Shown here: in pieces, positions 1 to 9,145 of the stretch
Numbering within the stretch: position 1 is the first letter of the stretch
Layout of the letters: the number at the start of each line of letters is the position of its first letter
Origin: Mediterraneibacter gnavus
Lineage (GTDB): Bacteria; Pseudomonadota; Alphaproteobacteria; RF32; CAG-239
Direction: 5' to 3'
NCBI GenBank assembly: GCA_963617265.1
Contig: CAVEOB010000001.1
Location: 8,366-72,365, forward strand
Length of the DNA: 64,000 bases
The notes under the pieces: generated by a model
The model's database searches: none
Seen by the model: only the letters and a program-made list of their open reading frames with translations
What the model was told of the DNA's origin: nothing
Made by a program: the position numbers and the translations under genes

Positions 1-298
1 AGTTAAATGTCATATTTTGGGAAATATAGTGCAACATCGGGCGACCGGTGTTTGTTTTTTAGGGCAATATGATGTAGCTGCAGCGGTTGTAGACGCAGGC
101 TGGGCGGTGGCTTATACTAAAAACACCAGTGTTTATGTGCCGTATGAAAAGCAAGCTCGTGCTGAGTCCAAAGGTTTGTGGCGCGGGCGTTTTTATAGAC
201 CGAGCGATTGGCGCAAACTGCAGTCAAAACAAGCAGAAGCTGCAGCAAAAGCTCAAGAAAAAAGTTCTAGTTGGTTTAATTTTGACGGGTGGTTTTAA
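1..298 (+). CDS. SNase-like (thermonuclease family) protein, C-terminal fragment; 5' end lies outside the window
   Basis: ORF 17..298 translates to ...DAGWAVAYTKNTSVYVPYEKQARAESKGLWRG..., typical of the C-terminal half of staphylococcal-nuclease-like proteins. The frame is open back to the window edge. Confidence 0.45.
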   Translation, partial: VKCHILGNIVQHRATGVCFLGQYDVAAAVVDAGWAVAYTKNTSVYVPYEKQARAESKGLWRGRFYRPSDWRKLQSKQAEAAAKAQEKSSSWFNFDGWF

Positions 299-747
299 TG
301 GAAAAAGTTTTTGTTTCTCATAGCGAAGATGATACTATAGCTTTGGCTGAAAAATTGGCGGCAATCAGCAAACAGGGCGATGTTTGGGCGCTTAATGGCA
401 CTTTGGGCGCGGGAAAAAGCGTGTTTGCCCGTGCATTTATTAAAAAACTTACTGGCGCAGGCGAAGTTCCAAGCCCGACTTTTACATTGCTGCAAACATA
501 CAGTGCTCCGGCGTTTGATATTTATCATTATGATTTGTATCGTTTGGAAAATCCGGCGGAAATTTTTGAGCTGGGCGTGGAAGAGGCATTTTATTCCGGC
601 GTCAGTTTGGTGGAATGGTCTGAAAGAATGGGCTCTTTTTCTCCGCGCAATATGTGGAATGTGCAAATAGAAATGACTGATGACGGACGTAAGATAACCA
701 TTTCTACAAATGATGAAAATAAACAAAAGCGGTTGACCAATGTCTGA
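298..747 (+). CDS. tsaE: tRNA threonylcarbamoyladenosine biosynthesis protein TsaE (YjeE)
   Basis: P-loop motif NGTLGAGKSVFARAF and the conserved TsaE C-terminal region. ATG at 298 overlaps the upstream stop (TAATG); an alternative GTG start lies at 289. Confidence 0.8.
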   Translation: MEKVFVSHSEDDTIALAEKLAAISKQGDVWALNGTLGAGKSVFARAFIKKLTGAGEVPSPTFTLLQTYSAPAFDIYHYDLYRLENPAEIFELGVEEAFYSGVSLVEWSERMGSFSPRNMWNVQIEMTDDGRKITISTNDENKQKRLTNV

Positions 748-1180
748 TTTATACACAGTTCACGCCTCTTTTGTGCTGTGGCGCAACAAGGGAATTTTGT
801 TTAGGGGAAAATCCGGCAGCGGCAAATCAGAGCTGGCGCTGAAATTTATAGAAAATAAAGGCGCGGTGCTGGTTGCCGATGATGTTGTTGCCTTAGAAGT
901 GCGTGAAAATCGGCTTATAGGCGAAGCTCCGCAAAATATAAAAGGTTTGCTGGAAATAAGAAACGTTGGAATTTCACATTATGAATTTGTTGACAAAGCA
1001 GAAGTAAGTTTAGTGGTTAACTTGCTGCCGACAAAAGAAAATTTGGAGCGTCTGCCAAAAAATAAGTGCGAAAATATTTTAGGTGTTGAAATTCCTGCAA
1101 TAGATTTGTATGCTGAAGACCAAACAATTTTGGAAAAGGTTATAGTTAAATTGCGCAATAATCTTTTGACTGAGGAATAG
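740..1180 (+). CDS. HPr kinase C-terminal-domain-like protein (short HprK homologue)
   Basis: 146 aa with Walker A GKSGSGKSELAL and HprK C-domain-like spacing. Overlaps the tsaE stop by 8 nt. Confidence 0.7.
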   Translation: MSDLYTVHASFVLWRNKGILFRGKSGSGKSELALKFIENKGAVLVADDVVALEVRENRLIGEAPQNIKGLLEIRNVGISHYEFVDKAEVSLVVNLLPTKENLERLPKNKCENILGVEIPAIDLYAEDQTILEKVIVKLRNNLLTEE

Positions 1181-1185
1181 GAAAA

Positions 1186-1983
1186 TTGAATATGCTAAAG
1201 AAAAACATGGAAACGTTTTTGCAGCTTTTGGGTAAACCTTTGCTTTCTTTTGTGCTGGAGCTGGGAGCTTTTACCCGCTTTGTGGCAAAATCTGTTTATA
1301 ACTGTTTCGTACCTCCGTTTTATATTAAACTATTTATAAACCAATTTTTGAATATGGGGTTTTATTCCCTGCCTGTGGTTGGACTGACAACTTTGTTTGC
1401 CGGTATGGTTATTGCTATTCAGACTTATTCCGGTTTTTCTAAGTTCGGTGCGGAAAGCGCCGTAGCGACTGTGGTTTTGATTTCGGTGACGCGCGAGCTG
1501 GCTCCGGTTTTGTCTGCCTTGATGGTTGCTGGACGTATAGGCGCGGCAATGGCGGCGGAAATCGGCACAATGCGTGTTACCGAGCAGATTGATGCTTTGG
1601 TCACCTTATCGGCAATTCCGTTTCGCTATTTGATGGCGCCAAGACTTTGGGCTGGCGTGGTGGTTATGCCGCTTTTGGTTTTGTTCGGCGATATAATCGG
1701 CATTTTTGGCGGCTATGTGGTCGGGGTTTATAAATTGGACTTTAATCCGGCAAACTATATTAACGCCACTGTACAGAATCTGCAGGCGATTGATGTGATT
1801 TCGGGCATGGTGAAAGCAGGAGTATTCGGCTTTATAATTTCGGTTATGGGCTGCTATCATGGCTATCGCTCTAAAGGCGGTGCGCAGGGCGTGGGCGAGG
1901 CTACAACTAATGCCGTGGTTTCTTCGTCTATTTTGATTTTGATTTTTAACTATCTCATTACAGAAATTTTCTTTTCTAAATAG
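1186..1983 (+). CDS. mlaE: phospholipid ABC transporter permease MlaE
   Basis: 265 aa polytopic membrane protein matching MlaE throughout; immediately followed by mlaF. Confidence 0.85.
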   Translation: MNMLKKNMETFLQLLGKPLLSFVLELGAFTRFVAKSVYNCFVPPFYIKLFINQFLNMGFYSLPVVGLTTLFAGMVIAIQTYSGFSKFGAESAVATVVLISVTRELAPVLSALMVAGRIGAAMAAEIGTMRVTEQIDALVTLSAIPFRYLMAPRLWAGVVVMPLLVLFGDIIGIFGGYVVGVYKLDFNPANYINATVQNLQAIDVISGMVKAGVFGFIISVMGCYHGYRSKGGAQGVGEATTNAVVSSSILILIFNYLITEIFFSK

Positions 1984-1991
1984 GGTGCGCC

Positions 1992-2744
1992 ATGAGTGAT
2001 AATAAAATAGAAATTCGCAACTTATATAAAGCGTTCGGCAAAAAGAAAGTGCTGGACGGAGTTGATTTGGATATTAAAAAAGGCGAATCTTTGGTGGTTA
2101 TCGGCGGCTCCGGAACTGGAAAATCGGTTCTGATTAAATGTATACAGGGGCTGCTGACGCCGGATTGTGGGTCAATTAAAATTGATGATGAAGAAACAAT
2201 CGGCGCTAAGAAAGATATTCATGAAAAAATGGGAATGCTTTTTCAGGGTGCAGCGCTGTTTGACAGTTTAAGTGTCTGGGAAAACGTGGCTTTCAGATTG
2301 CTGCAAAAAGGCGAAAAGTCGCGCAAGCAAGCTAAAGTGGCTGCTATCCGCGTGTTGCGGCAGGTGGGTTTGGCTCCGGACGTGGCAGATTTGTCTCCGG
2401 CGGAGCTTTCCGGCGGTATGCAAAAGCGTGTGGGTTTGGCGCGGGCGATTATCAGCCGTCCGGAAATCATCTTTTTTGATGAGCCGACAACCGGACTTGA
2501 CCCGATTATGGCAGATGTTATCAATGATTTGATTATCGAATCCGCCAGAGGTTTGGGCGCTACTACCTTGACTATTACGCATGATATGGCATCGGCGCGC
2601 AAAATTGCCGATAGAATCGCCATGCTTTATCAGGGAAAAATTATTTGGTCCGGAACAGTTAAAGAAATGGACAAGTCAGAGAATCCGTATTTGCAGCAAT
2701 TTATTCACGGCAGCTCACAAGGTCCGATAAAGATGGAAGTATAA
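1992..2744 (+). CDS. mlaF: phospholipid ABC transporter ATP-binding protein MlaF
   Basis: Walker A GGSGTGKS, signature LSGGMQKR and Walker B IIFFDEPT. Operon partner of mlaE. Confidence 0.85.
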   Translation: MSDNKIEIRNLYKAFGKKKVLDGVDLDIKKGESLVVIGGSGTGKSVLIKCIQGLLTPDCGSIKIDDEETIGAKKDIHEKMGMLFQGAALFDSLSVWENVAFRLLQKGEKSRKQAKVAAIRVLRQVGLAPDVADLSPAELSGGMQKRVGLARAIISRPEIIFFDEPTTGLDPIMADVINDLIIESARGLGATTLTITHDMASARKIADRIAMLYQGKIIWSGTVKEMDKSENPYLQQFIHGSSQGPIKMEV

Positions 2745-2747
2745 GCC

Positions 2748-4130
2748 ATGGCGAAGAAAAACGTTAGTTTATTTGTTTGTCAAAACTGCGGCGCAACGTA
2801 TCCGCGCTGGCAGGGAAAATGCGATTCCTGCGGCGAATGGAATACGATTGTTGAAGAAGTGCAGAAAACTGATGGTTTTTCTAAAATAAATTCGCGCAAA
2901 GAAGGTAAGATTATTGATTTTGTACCGCTGAAAGGCGAACAAAGTACTTATGCCCGTTTGCAGACTGGCATTAAAGAAATTGACCGCGTAACCGGCGGCG
3001 GCTTAGTCCCTGGCTCGGTTATTTTGGTGGGCGGCGACCCCGGAATCGGCAAATCAACTTTGCTGCTGCAGGTGTGCGCTGGTTTGGCAAATAAAAAGGA
3101 AAAGTATTCTTGCTATTATATTTCCGGCGAAGAGGCTATTGATCAAGTGCGTATTCGTGCTAGCCGCTTGGGATTGGCAGAAAGTCCGGTTAATTTGGCA
3201 AGTGCAACCGATGTGCGCAACATCATTACTACTCTGGAAAAAACTGATGCGTCGGTGGTTATCATAGATTCTATTCAAACTATGTATCTTGATGAGGTAG
3301 AATCTACCCCAGGGAGCGTGGGACAGGTCAGAGCCTGTGCTTATGAGCTGATAAAACTTGCCAAGCGCAAAGGCTTTGTGCTGTTTTTGGTGGGGCATGT
3401 TACCAAGCAGGGTGAAATTGCCGGACCGCGCGTATTAGAGCATATGGTGGATACGGTTTTGTATTTTGAAGGGGAGCGCGGTCATCATTTTAGAATTTTG
3501 CGTGCGGTAAAAAACCGTTACGGTGCAACTGATGAAATCGGCGTGTTTGAAATGCAGGATAAAGGTTTAGTGGAAGTAGAAAATCCATCGGCGCTGTTTT
3601 TAGCAGAGCGTCAGGGCAATGTTTCCGGTTCCTGCGTGTTTGCAGGAATTGAAGGTTCCCGTCCGCTGCTGGTAGAAATTCAAGCTTTGGTCAGCCCAAG
3701 CGGCTATTCAACGCCTAAGCGTGCGGTTGTGGGCTGGGATTCTAACCGCCTGTCAATGATTTTGGCAGTTTTGGAAGCCCGCTGCAGTATGAATTTTAGT
3801 TCGCACGATGTTTATTTGAACATAGCCGGCGGCTTGAAAATTACAGAGCCGGCTGCCGATTTGGCGGTGGCTATGGCGGTTATTTCATCGCTTACGAACA
3901 AGCCGCTGCCTGCCGATATGGTAGTATTCGGCGAAATTGGCTTATCAGGTGAAATTCGGGCGGTCAGCCAACCGAATCTGCGTATGAAGGAAGCGCATAA
4001 GCTGGGCTTTGTCAGCGCTATTATTCCGCCGTCTTTCGGCAAGGATAAAAAAGAAAAAGGTGCAAAAAATTATGAACTTTCGTGCTATGAAATAGGCAAT
4101 GTTCATCGTTTGATAAATTGGTTTAATTAG
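2748..4130 (+). CDS. radA: DNA repair protein RadA (Sms)
   Basis: N-terminal C4 zinc ribbon (CQNCGATYPRWQGKCDSCGEW), RecA-like Walker A GDPGIGKST, KNRYG motif and a Lon-like C-terminal domain. Confidence 0.9.
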   Translation: MAKKNVSLFVCQNCGATYPRWQGKCDSCGEWNTIVEEVQKTDGFSKINSRKEGKIIDFVPLKGEQSTYARLQTGIKEIDRVTGGGLVPGSVILVGGDPGIGKSTLLLQVCAGLANKKEKYSCYYISGEEAIDQVRIRASRLGLAESPVNLASATDVRNIITTLEKTDASVVIIDSIQTMYLDEVESTPGSVGQVRACAYELIKLAKRKGFVLFLVGHVTKQGEIAGPRVLEHMVDTVLYFEGERGHHFRILRAVKNRYGATDEIGVFEMQDKGLVEVENPSALFLAERQGNVSGSCVFAGIEGSRPLLVEIQALVSPSGYSTPKRAVVGWDSNRLSMILAVLEARCSMNFSSHDVYLNIAGGLKITEPAADLAVAMAVISSLTNKPLPADMVVFGEIGLSGEIRAVSQPNLRMKEAHKLGFVSAIIPPSFGKDKKEKGAKNYELSCYEIGNVHRLINWFN

Positions 4131-4140
4131 GAGCAAGACT

Positions 4141-4989
4141 ATGGAACAGTTAAACAACTTAGATGTGGTATTTTTAGTGATTGTCGGCGTTTCGGCGTTG
4201 GTCGCTATCGCTCGCGGCGTGACTAAAGAGTTGTTGTCGATTACCGGCTGGATTTTGGCTGCTGTTTCGGTTTATTATCTGTTGCCGGTGGTTGATCCTA
4301 TAATGCAAAAATATATTGCGTCAGAAGTGCTTTCCAGTCTTGTATCCGGTATGGTTATTTTGATTATGTTCTGCATTTTTTGGGTGCTGGCGGCAGACAA
4401 AATCAGCACGCAGATACGTTTTAGCAAATTGAGCGCGCTGGATAGAATCTTGGGCTTTATTTTTGGTATTTTCCGCGGTGTGATTATTGTAATTTTGCTC
4501 CAAATTATGATTTCATCGCTGATACCGGAAGAATCGCAAAAAGGCGTGTTTTCCGAATCCAAATACTTTAAGCTTGCTGGTGACGCAGCTGGTCCGATTA
4601 AGAGCTTGATACCGGAAAAATGGTTTGAAGACCTGAAAGCTAAAGGCGAAAGCTTTGGTTTGGGCGACTCTAAAGCAGCAGAAAAGTCTGAAGAAAGCAA
4701 AACTGATGATGGGGCGAAAGGTACAGAGGAAAAAACTACTGATAATACAGCAGGCATCAGCGGCGAAGTTTTGAAAAAAAGCGGAGAAGAGCTATTTAAT
4801 AAGCTGGTTCAGCCAAAAGTTGACAGCGAAAACAAAGCTCAGGACGATGGCTATAAAAAAGATGAAACTTCTGATTTGGATAAGCTGATGGACGAGCTTG
4901 AAGACAAGGTCGTTACCACAGACCAGAGCTCCGCACCAGTCAAGGATGAGCAGAAGGTAGAAATTAAGACAATAGACGAGAACTTATAA
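4141..4989 (+). CDS. cvpA: colicin V production protein CvpA-family membrane protein with a long Asp/Glu/Lys-rich C-terminal extension
   Basis: The N-terminal roughly 160 aa give four TM helices of CvpA type. The remaining roughly 120 aa are low-complexity (K/E/D/T-rich). Confidence 0.65.
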   Translation: MEQLNNLDVVFLVIVGVSALVAIARGVTKELLSITGWILAAVSVYYLLPVVDPIMQKYIASEVLSSLVSGMVILIMFCIFWVLAADKISTQIRFSKLSALDRILGFIFGIFRGVIIVILLQIMISSLIPEESQKGVFSESKYFKLAGDAAGPIKSLIPEKWFEDLKAKGESFGLGDSKAAEKSEESKTDDGAKGTEEKTTDNTAGISGEVLKKSGEELFNKLVQPKVDSENKAQDDGYKKDETSDLDKLMDELEDKVVTTDQSSAPVKDEQKVEIKTIDENL

Positions 4990-5029
4990 ACCTCGTCTAG
5001 CTGGTATCTGCTAGGAATTTTTGCGCTCG

Positions 5030-5095
5030 TGTACTATTGTGTACACGTCGCTTAAAAATTCCGTCGCATTTACACACGCTATCCGAGGTTTTTGT
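5030..5095. repeat. intergenic repeat, copy A, of a degenerate 60-100 nt family (core GTGTACACGTCGCTTAAAAATTCCGTCGCATTTACACACGCTATCCGAGGTTT)
   Basis: Near-identical core recurs at 30198..30275; a more diverged copy lies at 29979..30055. Copies A and B1 (29979..30055) each lie within 6-50 nt downstream of a + strand stop codon. Confidence 0.5.
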
Positions 5096-5169
5096 GGTAG
5101 TATTTGGGCACAAAAAGTTATCATTATCTTGGATTTTTGTATAGATTAGCTAATTAGAAAAGGCAGCAA

Positions 5170-5792
5170 ATGGAAAAGTTTTGGTCAAAAGTTGAATATC
5201 TAGCGCGGACGGTAAAAAATCCGAATATTATAATCAGCGGAACAAAAAGCTATTATAGCAATGCGTGGACGGAAAATTTTGAAGACTATGTAGTGCGTTA
5301 TTTATACGGCGATGAGCATAGTTTGAAAAATTGGACGCCGCAATGGGGCTGGACAAGCTTTACATCGGCAATTATGTCTGCATTGGCGCTGAAGCGATTA
5401 TTTTGCTGGGCGGCAATAATACGCACCGCAATGATTGGTTTTCTAATTATCCGTTTATGGATCATATTGTGGAAAGCTATCAGCAGCGAGGCAATACGGT
5501 TTTAGGTAATGGCTGCTGGATTGGTATGCGCGCCGTGCTTATGCCAGGGGTAAAACTGGGCGAAGGCTGTGTGGTTGCCGTCGGAAGCGTGGTTACCAAA
5601 GATGTTGAGCCATATACCATAGTTGGAGGCAATCCGGCAAAAGTGATTAAAAAGCGTTTTTCTGATGAAGTTATAAAGCGGATTTTGGAGCTTAAAATTT
5701 ATGATTTGCCGGAAGAAAAAATTGACTCTCTGCAAGATGTTTTGTGCGCAAACGACATCAACGCTTTAGAACAAAAAGTGAAAAACATCTGA
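5170..5792 (+). pseudogene. Vat-family (streptogramin A / xenobiotic) hexapeptide-repeat acetyltransferase, disrupted by a frameshift near 5320-5345
   Basis: ORF 5170..5505 (NPNIIISGTKSYYS...NFEDYVVRYLYGDE) matches the Vat N-terminus. ORF 5331..5792 (LDKLYIGNYVCIGAEAI...GNPAKVIKKRF) matches the Vat hexapeptide domain and C-terminus in a different frame. The junction lies around an A5 run. Confidence 0.55.
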
Positions 5793-5879
5793 GATTTTCC
5801 GTTTATATCCGGCGACAAACAGTTTACTTTTGTAAATTATCCGTTATTATGCTTTTGAATGACAAAACAAAGGATAAGT

Positions 5880-7640
5880 ATGTTTGTAAAAATAAAAGAA
5901 AAATTGAAAAACAATCATTTCATAAATGATTATGGTCAAATGTGGGTTTTTGTTAAGCCATATTGGGGCAGAGCATTGCTGGCTATTTTGCTGACATTGC
6001 CGGTCGGCGCTATGGATGCGGTGATTGCTTGGGCGCTGAAGCCGTATATGGACGTGATGATGATAGAGCAAAACACCAATACCCTTTGGATTCCGTTGGT
6101 CATTATTTTGTTCAGCGCTTTGCAGGGTATGTTTACATTTGTGGCAAACTTTACAAACACTTGGGTGGGAACCCGTATTGCCAGCGATGTAAAAATATCA
6201 TTGTTTGAAAAGCTTATGAAATTTGAAGCGGCTTTTTTTGATACAACAACTTCCGGTAATATTATGATGCGTTTTAACAATGATGTTGACGCGGCCTGCA
6301 GCGGACTTTTGAGCAATATAAAGCAATTTTTCACGCGGTTTTTCTCTTCGGTGTCATTGGTTGCGGTGTTGTTTTATAATAGCTGGCAGTTGGCGCTGAT
6401 TGCGGTTGTGGTGCTGTTTGGAGCGCTGTTCCCGCTGACAGGCGTTAGAAAGCGCATAAAAGATATAAATAAACAAACTGTTTTTACCAGCGCTGAAGTG
6501 GTGACGCATTATAATGAAAGTTTTTGCGGCAACCGTATTATTTCGTCATATAATTTGTATGACTATCAAAATAACCGCTTTAACGACACGCTGCACAGGG
6601 TGTTTAAGCTTGGTATGAAAATGGTGCAGCGTACCGGAATGTTGTCGCCGCTTATGCACTTTGTAGTTTCTTTGGGTATAGCGCTGGTTATTTGGGTAGG
6701 AAGCTATCTCATTGTTAATCATCAAATCACTGCCGGAAATTTTGTTTCTTTTGTGGCGGCGCTGATTTTGCTGTATAACCCGATTAAAGGCATCGGCAAC
6801 AATTTTAATAATGTGCAGATTGCATTGCTAGCAATGGAACGTGTTTTTGAGCTTTTGACGCAAAAGATAAAAATAGAAGACAGAGCAGGGGCTAAAGAAC
6901 TGAAAAGCATAAAGCGCGGAATTTCATATAAAGATGTTTGTTTTGAATATGTTGCCGGAAAACCTGTGCTTAAAAACATCAATTTAGATGTTAAAAAAGG
7001 GCAGACTATTGCTTTGGTTGGTAATTCCGGCGGAGGTAAAACAACTTTGGTTAATTTGCTGCCGCGTTTTTATGATGTGACTTCGGGGCAAATTTTGATA
7101 GACGGCACGGATATTCGAGATTTTTCGCTTTATTCTCTGCGCGATAAAATTGCTGTGGTTTTTCAAGATAATTTTTTGTTTTCGGGAACGATTCGCGATA
7201 ACATTTTGCTGGGAAATGAAAAAGCAGATGAAAAAGATGTGGAATATGCGGTTTCCTGCGCTTGTTTAACCGATTTTATAAAAGATTTGCCGAATGGTTT
7301 GGATACGCAAATCGGTGAGCGCGGCGTGCTGCTTTCCGGCGGACAAAAACAGCGCATTGCCATTGCCCGAGCTTTTATTAAAAATGCTCCGATTGTGATT
7401 TTAGACGAGGCAACATCTGCTTTGGATAATAAATCAGAAGCTATTGTTCAGCAGGCTATAGATAATTTGATGGCAGACAGAACCGTGTTTGTGATAGCTC
7501 ATAGACTGTCGACTGTACGCAATGCGGATAAAATAGTGGTGGTTAACTATGGGCGAATTGTGGAAACCGGAACTCATAAAGAACTGATAGCCAAAACTGA
7601 TAGCATTTATGCGTCATTGTATCAGGCGCAGCTGGCGTAA
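5880..7640 (+). CDS. ABC transporter permease/ATP-binding protein, MsbA-like exporter
   Basis: Six-TM domain followed by an NBD with Walker A GNSGGGKTT, signature LSGGQKQR and Walker B ILDEATSALD. Start chosen at ATG 5880 (AAGGA RBS); the ORF is open from 5859. Confidence 0.8.
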   Translation: MFVKIKEKLKNNHFINDYGQMWVFVKPYWGRALLAILLTLPVGAMDAVIAWALKPYMDVMMIEQNTNTLWIPLVIILFSALQGMFTFVANFTNTWVGTRIASDVKISLFEKLMKFEAAFFDTTTSGNIMMRFNNDVDAACSGLLSNIKQFFTRFFSSVSLVAVLFYNSWQLALIAVVVLFGALFPLTGVRKRIKDINKQTVFTSAEVVTHYNESFCGNRIISSYNLYDYQNNRFNDTLHRVFKLGMKMVQRTGMLSPLMHFVVSLGIALVIWVGSYLIVNHQITAGNFVSFVAALILLYNPIKGIGNNFNNVQIALLAMERVFELLTQKIKIEDRAGAKELKSIKRGISYKDVCFEYVAGKPVLKNINLDVKKGQTIALVGNSGGGKTTLVNLLPRFYDVTSGQILIDGTDIRDFSLYSLRDKIAVVFQDNFLFSGTIRDNILLGNEKADEKDVEYAVSCACLTDFIKDLPNGLDTQIGERGVLLSGGQKQRIAIARAFIKNAPIVILDEATSALDNKSEAIVQQAIDNLMADRTVFVIAHRLSTVRNADKIVVVNYGRIVETGTHKELIAKTDSIYASLYQAQLA

Positions 7641-7685
7641 AACCTGCCGATAGAAATTTTTTATGCAAAAATATTCAAAAATTGA

Positions 7686-7714
7686 TTGACAATAAAAAAA
7701 CGCTAGTGTATAAG
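7686..7714 (+). promoter_or_regulatory. sigma70-like promoter for tRNA-Thr (TTGACA-17-TATAAG)
   Basis: Consensus -35, 17-nt spacer and near-consensus -10, ending 16 nt upstream of the tRNA 5' end. Confidence 0.4.
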
Positions 7715-7730
7715 TTCTTTCAGTTGTGTT

Positions 7731-7806
7731 GCCGACATAGCTCAGTTGGTAGAGCTACTGATTTGTAATCAGTGGGTCGGGAGTTCAAGTCTCTCTGTCG
7801 GCACCA
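7731..7806 (+). tRNA. tRNA-Thr (anticodon UGU), with encoded CCA
   Basis: GCCGACATAGCTCAGTTGGTAGAGC...ACTGATTTGTAATCAGT...GGGAGTTCAAGTCTCTCTGTCGGCACCA folds as a cloverleaf. The 7-nt anticodon loop TTTGTAA gives anticodon TGT. Confidence 0.9.
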
Positions 7807-7903
7807 TTAAAAAACAAAGGGTTATGAGAAATCATAGCCCTTATTAATTTTTTAAAATACTGCAAAAATACTGCGAATTTGCAATGGCTTGATAATTTAA
7901 ATT

Positions 7904-7941
7904 GCAGTAACAGGCAAAGGGAGTTTATTTGCCTGTTACTG
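7904..7941. terminator. bidirectional rho-independent terminator (14-bp perfect stem GCAGTAACAGGCAAA / TTTGCCTGTTACTG)
   Basis: Perfect inverted repeat with flanking T/A runs, between tRNA-Thr (+) and the 3' end of the M20 peptidase gene (-). Confidence 0.6.
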
Positions 7942-7948
7942 TGGTGCT

Positions 7949-9061
7949 TTAGTTTACACCGTCTTTAGCGAGTTTTTCCAAAAACTTGATTTGGATATCG
8001 GCGATTTGTTTGACGCTTTCAATTTCCACATATTCGCCGGAAGCATGCATACCTTCGCCGGTGCCGGAGTGCATAATGACTATTGAGCCTTTTTCGGCAA
8101 ATGCGCGCGAATCTGTAGCGCCGCCGATGTGCTCAAATTCTATCGAGCGTCCTAAAATGTTTTCGGCAAAGTTTTTATATTCCAAAATATAAGGATTGCT
8201 TTCGTCCATAACCACTGGTGTTGACGACGAAATAATTTTATAGGTTACGCCTTCGACCAAACATTTTTGCAAATTTTCTTCTAAATGCTTCAAGGTGGAA
8301 TTTTCAGTTAAGCGGAAATCAAGCAAGGCTTCGGCATAATTAGACAGCACGTTAGAAACTTGTCCGCCGTTTATTAAAGCCATGTGAACGGTATCAAACC
8401 AAGTGTTTTGCGGCTGCGGCAGGTTTTGGGCATAATACGGATAGATTTTGCGCAGATTGTTCCAGCTTTGAATAAGCAGTTCGTTGGCGTCTATGCCCTC
8501 CCACGGGGTAGAGCCGTGCGCTTCTTTACCATTGGCGAGCAGCTTTACAAACACTGGATTTTTGCATTTGCTGACAATTTTGGTAATATCTCCGCCAACA
8601 TCGTTATCAAGCACTATTTTAGCAGTTAAGTTTGGGTAAGCGTCCAAAAAAGATGCGGTTGACTTGCTGCCTTTTTCTTCGTCGGTAGAAAGAATAACGC
8701 CGAATTTAAGCGGCAGCTTATGCTCGGCAACATACATCATAGAGTTTAGCGCAACGGCGGCAAACGATTTCATATCCAAAGTTCCTCTGCCATGCATTCT
8801 GCCGTTTTTTTCAACTGGTTCAAACATAGAATCTTCAGCCGGAACAACGTCGATATGTCCCAAAACCAAAACATCAAAATTCAAACTGTCGGTATTGCGT
8901 AAAAAAACAACCGGAGAAGCCGTGGTTTGGAAAATTTCCGCAATAACGTCGGTGCCTGCAAATTTTTTTATAATGTAGTCAGCGGCTTTTTTTATTTCTG
9001 TTTCGTTACCGGTTTCGGTGCGAAAGCGAATTAAATCTTTTACGGTATTTATTAAATCCAT
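7949..9061 (-). CDS. M20 family metallopeptidase (ArgE/DapE/Cpg2-like deacylase)
   Basis: 370 aa with HIDVVPA and metal-binding Asp/Glu/His pattern, plus a dimerisation-domain insert typical of M20A. Confidence 0.75.
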   Translation of the reverse strand: MDLINTVKDLIRFRTETGNETEIKKAADYIIKKFAGTDVIAEIFQTTASPVVFLRNTDSLNFDVLVLGHIDVVPAEDSMFEPVEKNGRMHGRGTLDMKSFAAVALNSMMYVAEHKLPLKFGVILSTDEEKGSKSTASFLDAYPNLTAKIVLDNDVGGDITKIVSKCKNPVFVKLLANGKEAHGSTPWEGIDANELLIQSWNNLRKIYPYYAQNLPQPQNTWFDTVHMALINGGQVSNVLSNYAEALLDFRLTENSTLKHLEENLQKCLVEGVTYKIISSSTPVVMDESNPYILEYKNFAENILGRSIEFEHIGGATDSRAFAEKGSIVIMHSGTGEGMHASGEYVEIESVKQIADIQIKFLEKLAKDGVN

Positions 9062-9145
9062 TTTTTACCCTTTCTTTTTTTATGTTTACCTTTTTTTTAT
9101 TATATACATTTATCATTGATTTAAATTTTATTAAAGGGAAGAAAA

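Noticed and set aside
295-756. 153-aa minus-strand ORF antisense to tsaE
   Set aside because: It fully overlaps a well-supported, conserved tsaE in the opposite orientation, and its composition is Arg/Cys-rich as expected for antisense frames of coding DNA.
5744-5929. 61-aa + ORF spanning the acetyltransferase 3' end and the MsbA start
   Set aside because: It overlaps two better-supported genes in another frame and its protein is low-complexity.
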